From NCBI GenBank assembly GCA_018645365.1, contig JABGOP010000001.1, positions 171,024-235,023 of the forward strand: 64,000 nt of DNA, in the 5' to 3' direction. The notes under the pieces were generated by a model. It was not told the origin of the DNA. It did not search any database and saw only the letters and a list, made by a program, of their open reading frames with translations. This document shows positions 61,153 to 64,000 of the stretch, piece after piece. Numbering within the stretch: position 1 is the stretch's first letter; each line of letters opens with the position of its first letter. A program made the translations under genes and the position numbers. The stretch comes from Candidatus Cloacimonadota bacterium. Its GTDB lineage: Bacteria > Cloacimonadota > Cloacimonadia > Cloacimonadales > TCS61.

Positions 61153-61558
61153 TTTTTTCCTTCAGATATTTTTGTTCAAAATCAGCATTATCACCAAATT
61201 CCGCAAAATTTTTTTGATGTTTTGGTTCTGCAAAATTTTTGTCTTTTTCGTGTTTAATACCGCACCAATATTTTTCGGTTTCTCCTGTAACTTTGACGGC
61301 ATAAGCCAAGATTCCATTTCCATACCCGCAATAAACACAGCGCATTTTGTCTAAAAAAGAAAGATATTTTAATTTATGACGGTCAATTTTCACATATTTT
61401 TTGCGATTTACAAGCGGAATTTTATATAACCTAAAACAAATTTGATGATAAATTTCGAGTGCAACATCAAAAGCAATAAAAAAGAATAACATTCCCCAAA
61501 TAAATGGAATTGAAAGAATGTGTCCTAGTTCTCTTTGCGGATATTTTTTAAAATTCAT
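61145..61558 (-). CDS. Hypothetical small membrane protein with a CxxC motif
   Basis: One or two TM helices (ILSIPFIWGMLFFFIAFDVAL), then RCVYCGYG. There is an 8-nt overlap with the HD-GYP gene. I recognise no family. Confidence 0.45.
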   Translation of the reverse strand: MNFKKYPQRELGHILSIPFIWGMLFFFIAFDVALEIYHQICFRLYKIPLVNRKKYVKIDRHKLKYLSFLDKMRCVYCGYGNGILAYAVKVTGETEKYWCGIKHEKDKNFAEPKHQKNFAEFGDNADFEQKYLKEKND

Positions 61559-61578
61559 AATTTTCTCCTAAATTTAAA

Positions 61579-62343
61579 TTATTCAATCGTACCGTAAGGG
61601 CACAATCTATTAAAATTAAAGATATTACACATTCCTGCAGCAGTTACTCCGAAAACATAATAATCTTTCTTCAAAGAAATGATTTTTTTCAAAAGACATT
61701 CAAAACTGTCATTTACTATTATGGTTCCAGTCATCACGACCACATCGACACTCTCAATTAGATATTGATTGAATTTATGACCGTCAAGTATTTTTATCCT
61801 TTTTTTGTTCAAATTATCTTTATTTAAATCCGTAATCATCACATTTTTTTCTCCAAAAGTATCGATAAGTTCGTCGGCAATTGCAGGATTTAAACCAATG
61901 AGTCCAACTTTGATTTTTCCATATTTTTCAAACAAATTTTTGGAAATATCTTTTGCACATTTTTCGGGTTTATCATTTTTACAATGGACAGTGCCTTTCG
62001 CAATTTTCAAATAATTTAAGACGGCGTTAAGTGCTGCAGTATAGATTGCTCTATTTTGATTTGAATCGAGTGAAAGTTCTAAAATTTGTTGCAAATTCCC
62101 ACTAAATTCTTTGGCAGAGTCGGTAAAGGCGTGTCCTTTTGCATCAATAAATTTTGCTTCCAAAATTCTTTCTTTACCCTCAATTATCGGATAGTCTCGT
62201 CTACCAGGTTTACCAATTGCTTCTTCAGCAGAAAGAGGATTAGCTAAAACCAAAATATTCTCTTTTTCTAAGTTGTAATTTTGGACTATTTTGAAAAAAT
62301 ATTTTCTTGATTTTTCTAAATATGTCATCTTTTCACCTTTCAT
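61579..62343 (-). CDS. DUF364/DUF4213-like protein (family annotated as putative heavy-metal chelation; Rossmann-like C-domain)
   Basis: 254 aa. The N-terminal EEAIGKPGRRDYPIIEGKE and the C-terminal VGLIGLNP...VVMTGTIIVN pattern match my memory of COG2014. Confidence 0.45.
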   Translation of the reverse strand: MKGEKMTYLEKSRKYFFKIVQNYNLEKENILVLANPLSAEEAIGKPGRRDYPIIEGKERILEAKFIDAKGHAFTDSAKEFSGNLQQILELSLDSNQNRAIYTAALNAVLNYLKIAKGTVHCKNDKPEKCAKDISKNLFEKYGKIKVGLIGLNPAIADELIDTFGEKNVMITDLNKDNLNKKRIKILDGHKFNQYLIESVDVVVMTGTIIVNDSFECLLKKIISLKKDYYVFGVTAAGMCNIFNFNRLCPYGTIE

Positions 62344-63482
62344 TAATAGATATCTATTTTAAGAAGACGACCGTCTAAATTTCCATTTTTAAGTGGTATT
62401 TTGCGTGATGGTTTTAAGCCAATTGCTGGAATTAATGTGCGATCACCAACATAAATATAGGCGGTTGAATTTTTGCATCTTTGTTTAAGAAAATCACCAA
62501 ATTCTTTGTAAAGTTTTGTAACACTTTCTTCATCGCCCAAACGAATTCCATAGGGTGGATTACAGACGATTATTGCGTTGTGAATTTCTGGTAAATTTTT
62601 GAAGTTAGATTGTTGGAAATTAGCTAAATTTCCAGAAGGTAAAGTGCTTGCATTTGCGATTGCGTCTTTAATTGCGTGAAAGCTAACATCACTTCCAAAA
62701 AGTAAATTTTTGGGTAATTCACGTAAATTTCGATTACTGTTTTCTTTTACTTTTAACCATTCAGTTTCATCAAAATCTGGCAAGTTTTCAAAACCAAATT
62801 TGGCTCTTTTGTGATTTGCGGGAATTCTGCAATAGTGCATCAATGCTTCGCAGAGCAGCGTTCCGCTACCACACATTGGGTCGTAAAGAGGTGTTTTGCC
62901 ATTCCATCCAGAAAGCCGAATGATAGTAGCTGCCAAGGTTTCTATCATCGGAGCAGAACCTTTGGAGGTGCGATATCCTCTTTTATGAAGCGGTTGACCG
63001 GATGTGTCTAAGCTTATTGTGGCACGATTTTGATGGACAAATAGGTTGAAAACCACATCAGGATTTTCGGTGTCAATGTTCGGTCGTTCACCGTATTTAT
63101 CTTTGAAATAATCGGCGATTGCATCTTTCAAAATAAGCGAAGCGTACTTGGAATGTTTGATTTTACTATTGGCAACATTTGCGTAAATAGCGAAAGTTTT
63201 TTTCAAATCAAGGATTTTGTCCCACTCTATTTTTACCGCTGAATTGTAGAGATATTTGGTGGAATGGCAATCGAAAGTGAGGAGCGGTGCCAAAATTCTG
63301 CTGATAACTCTACTTTGGAGATTAATGCGATAAATGTGAGACAAATCAGTTTCAAAGTGGATGCCACGATAGACCGTGTTGATTTTTTTTGCGCCAAATT
63401 CTTTCAATTCTGTTGCTCCGATTTCTTCCATTGAACCGGCAATTTGGGCGAAAAATTTGTGATGTTTTTGATATTCAAACAT
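62343..63482 (-). CDS. THUMP-domain class-I SAM-dependent RNA methyltransferase (RlmL/RlmK-like)
   Basis: N-terminal THUMP-like region. SAM-binding DPMCGSGTL and catalytic NPPYG. Confidence 0.8.
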   Translation of the reverse strand: MFEYQKHHKFFAQIAGSMEEIGATELKEFGAKKINTVYRGIHFETDLSHIYRINLQSRVISRILAPLLTFDCHSTKYLYNSAVKIEWDKILDLKKTFAIYANVANSKIKHSKYASLILKDAIADYFKDKYGERPNIDTENPDVVFNLFVHQNRATISLDTSGQPLHKRGYRTSKGSAPMIETLAATIIRLSGWNGKTPLYDPMCGSGTLLCEALMHYCRIPANHKRAKFGFENLPDFDETEWLKVKENSNRNLRELPKNLLFGSDVSFHAIKDAIANASTLPSGNLANFQQSNFKNLPEIHNAIIVCNPPYGIRLGDEESVTKLYKEFGDFLKQRCKNSTAYIYVGDRTLIPAIGLKPSRKIPLKNGNLDGRLLKIDIY

Positions 63483-63484
63483 AT

Positions 63485-63988
63485 TTATTCCTTTATTTTT
63501 AGTTTTTTGTAAATCATTATTTTTTCTAGCATTAAAGATGAAATTATGATAAGCGGAAGTGAAACAAATAATCTAATTAAGGTGAATTTCATACCTAAAA
63601 ATGATGCTTCAAAAATTGTCATTGGGACGCGACAAACAGCAGCAGCACCGATATAAGTAAAGATAATGCTCAATTTAGCACCTTTATTATATAAAACGGC
63701 GGCAATCGGAAACGAAATGTAAATTCCGCCAACGGTGGTTGTGGAAAGTAAAATTGCCCAAAAATAACCTCGCCAATTTGAATTTTCTCCCAGGTGTTTT
63801 TCGATGGTTTGGCGTTTTATCCAAACTTCAAATAATCCAATTAAAATAAAAGCTGCGGGTAAAATTTTTAGCATTGCAACTGTGAATTTTATGAAATTTC
63901 TGGAAATTGATTGTCCGATTTCAAAATTAAAAATTTGGGCAAAAATAATGAAAATCAGAAAAATGATAAAAGGAGTAATTTTTTTCAT
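63485..63988 (-). CDS. Small polytopic permease (half-size, DUF318/ArsP_1-like?)
   Basis: 167 aa with about 5 TM helices. The family call is tentative. Confidence 0.35.
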   Translation of the reverse strand: MKKITPFIIFLIFIIFAQIFNFEIGQSISRNFIKFTVAMLKILPAAFILIGLFEVWIKRQTIEKHLGENSNWRGYFWAILLSTTTVGGIYISFPIAAVLYNKGAKLSIIFTYIGAAAVCRVPMTIFEASFLGMKFTLIRLFVSLPLIIISSLMLEKIMIYKKLKIKE

Positions 63989-64000
63989 ATTGTAATCTCT

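Overview
AT-rich, tightly packed bacterial chromosomal segment with about 60 protein genes and one tRNA-Leu(CAA). I saw no rRNA, transposase, integrase, CRISPR array or recognisable defence genes. Most genes are on the minus strand, in long operons with overlapping or abutting start and stop codons. The content suggests an anaerobic amino-acid fermenter from a lineage that uses T9SS-type C-terminal sorting domains; Cloacimonadota-like is only a guess. Left third (1-24 kb): pssA (partial), lgt, an orphan etfB, surface-polysaccharide genes, mfd, comM, nnr, mazG, a histidine kinase with a CheY-like receiver, the jag-yidC-yidD-rnpA-rpmH block, and divergent tldD/pmbA. Middle (24-39 kb): a small orphan ORF preceded by a 21-bp-phased repeat array, then purA/purB and two transporters. 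These are followed by an operon that combines split AASS-type saccharopine enzymes, a long KamA-family aminomutase, a GSAM-like aminotransferase, 3-oxoacid CoA-transferase AB and a PaaJ/PcaF-like thiolase. I propose this operon as a candidate undescribed lysine to 3-oxoadipate route. Right part (39-64 kb): CIRCE-controlled groEL without groES, tRNA-Leu, a PorV-like barrel with a 1057-aa M6-like protease carrying a sorting domain, and hutH. Next comes an ispD / oversized GlmS-like / ispF / U32 operon. The window ends with a redox and metal-themed island centred on the conserved but functionally uncharacterised DUF134 + NifX-like + MinD-ferredoxin ATPase cassette. All product calls come from motif recognition by eye and remembered family signatures; no database search was run.
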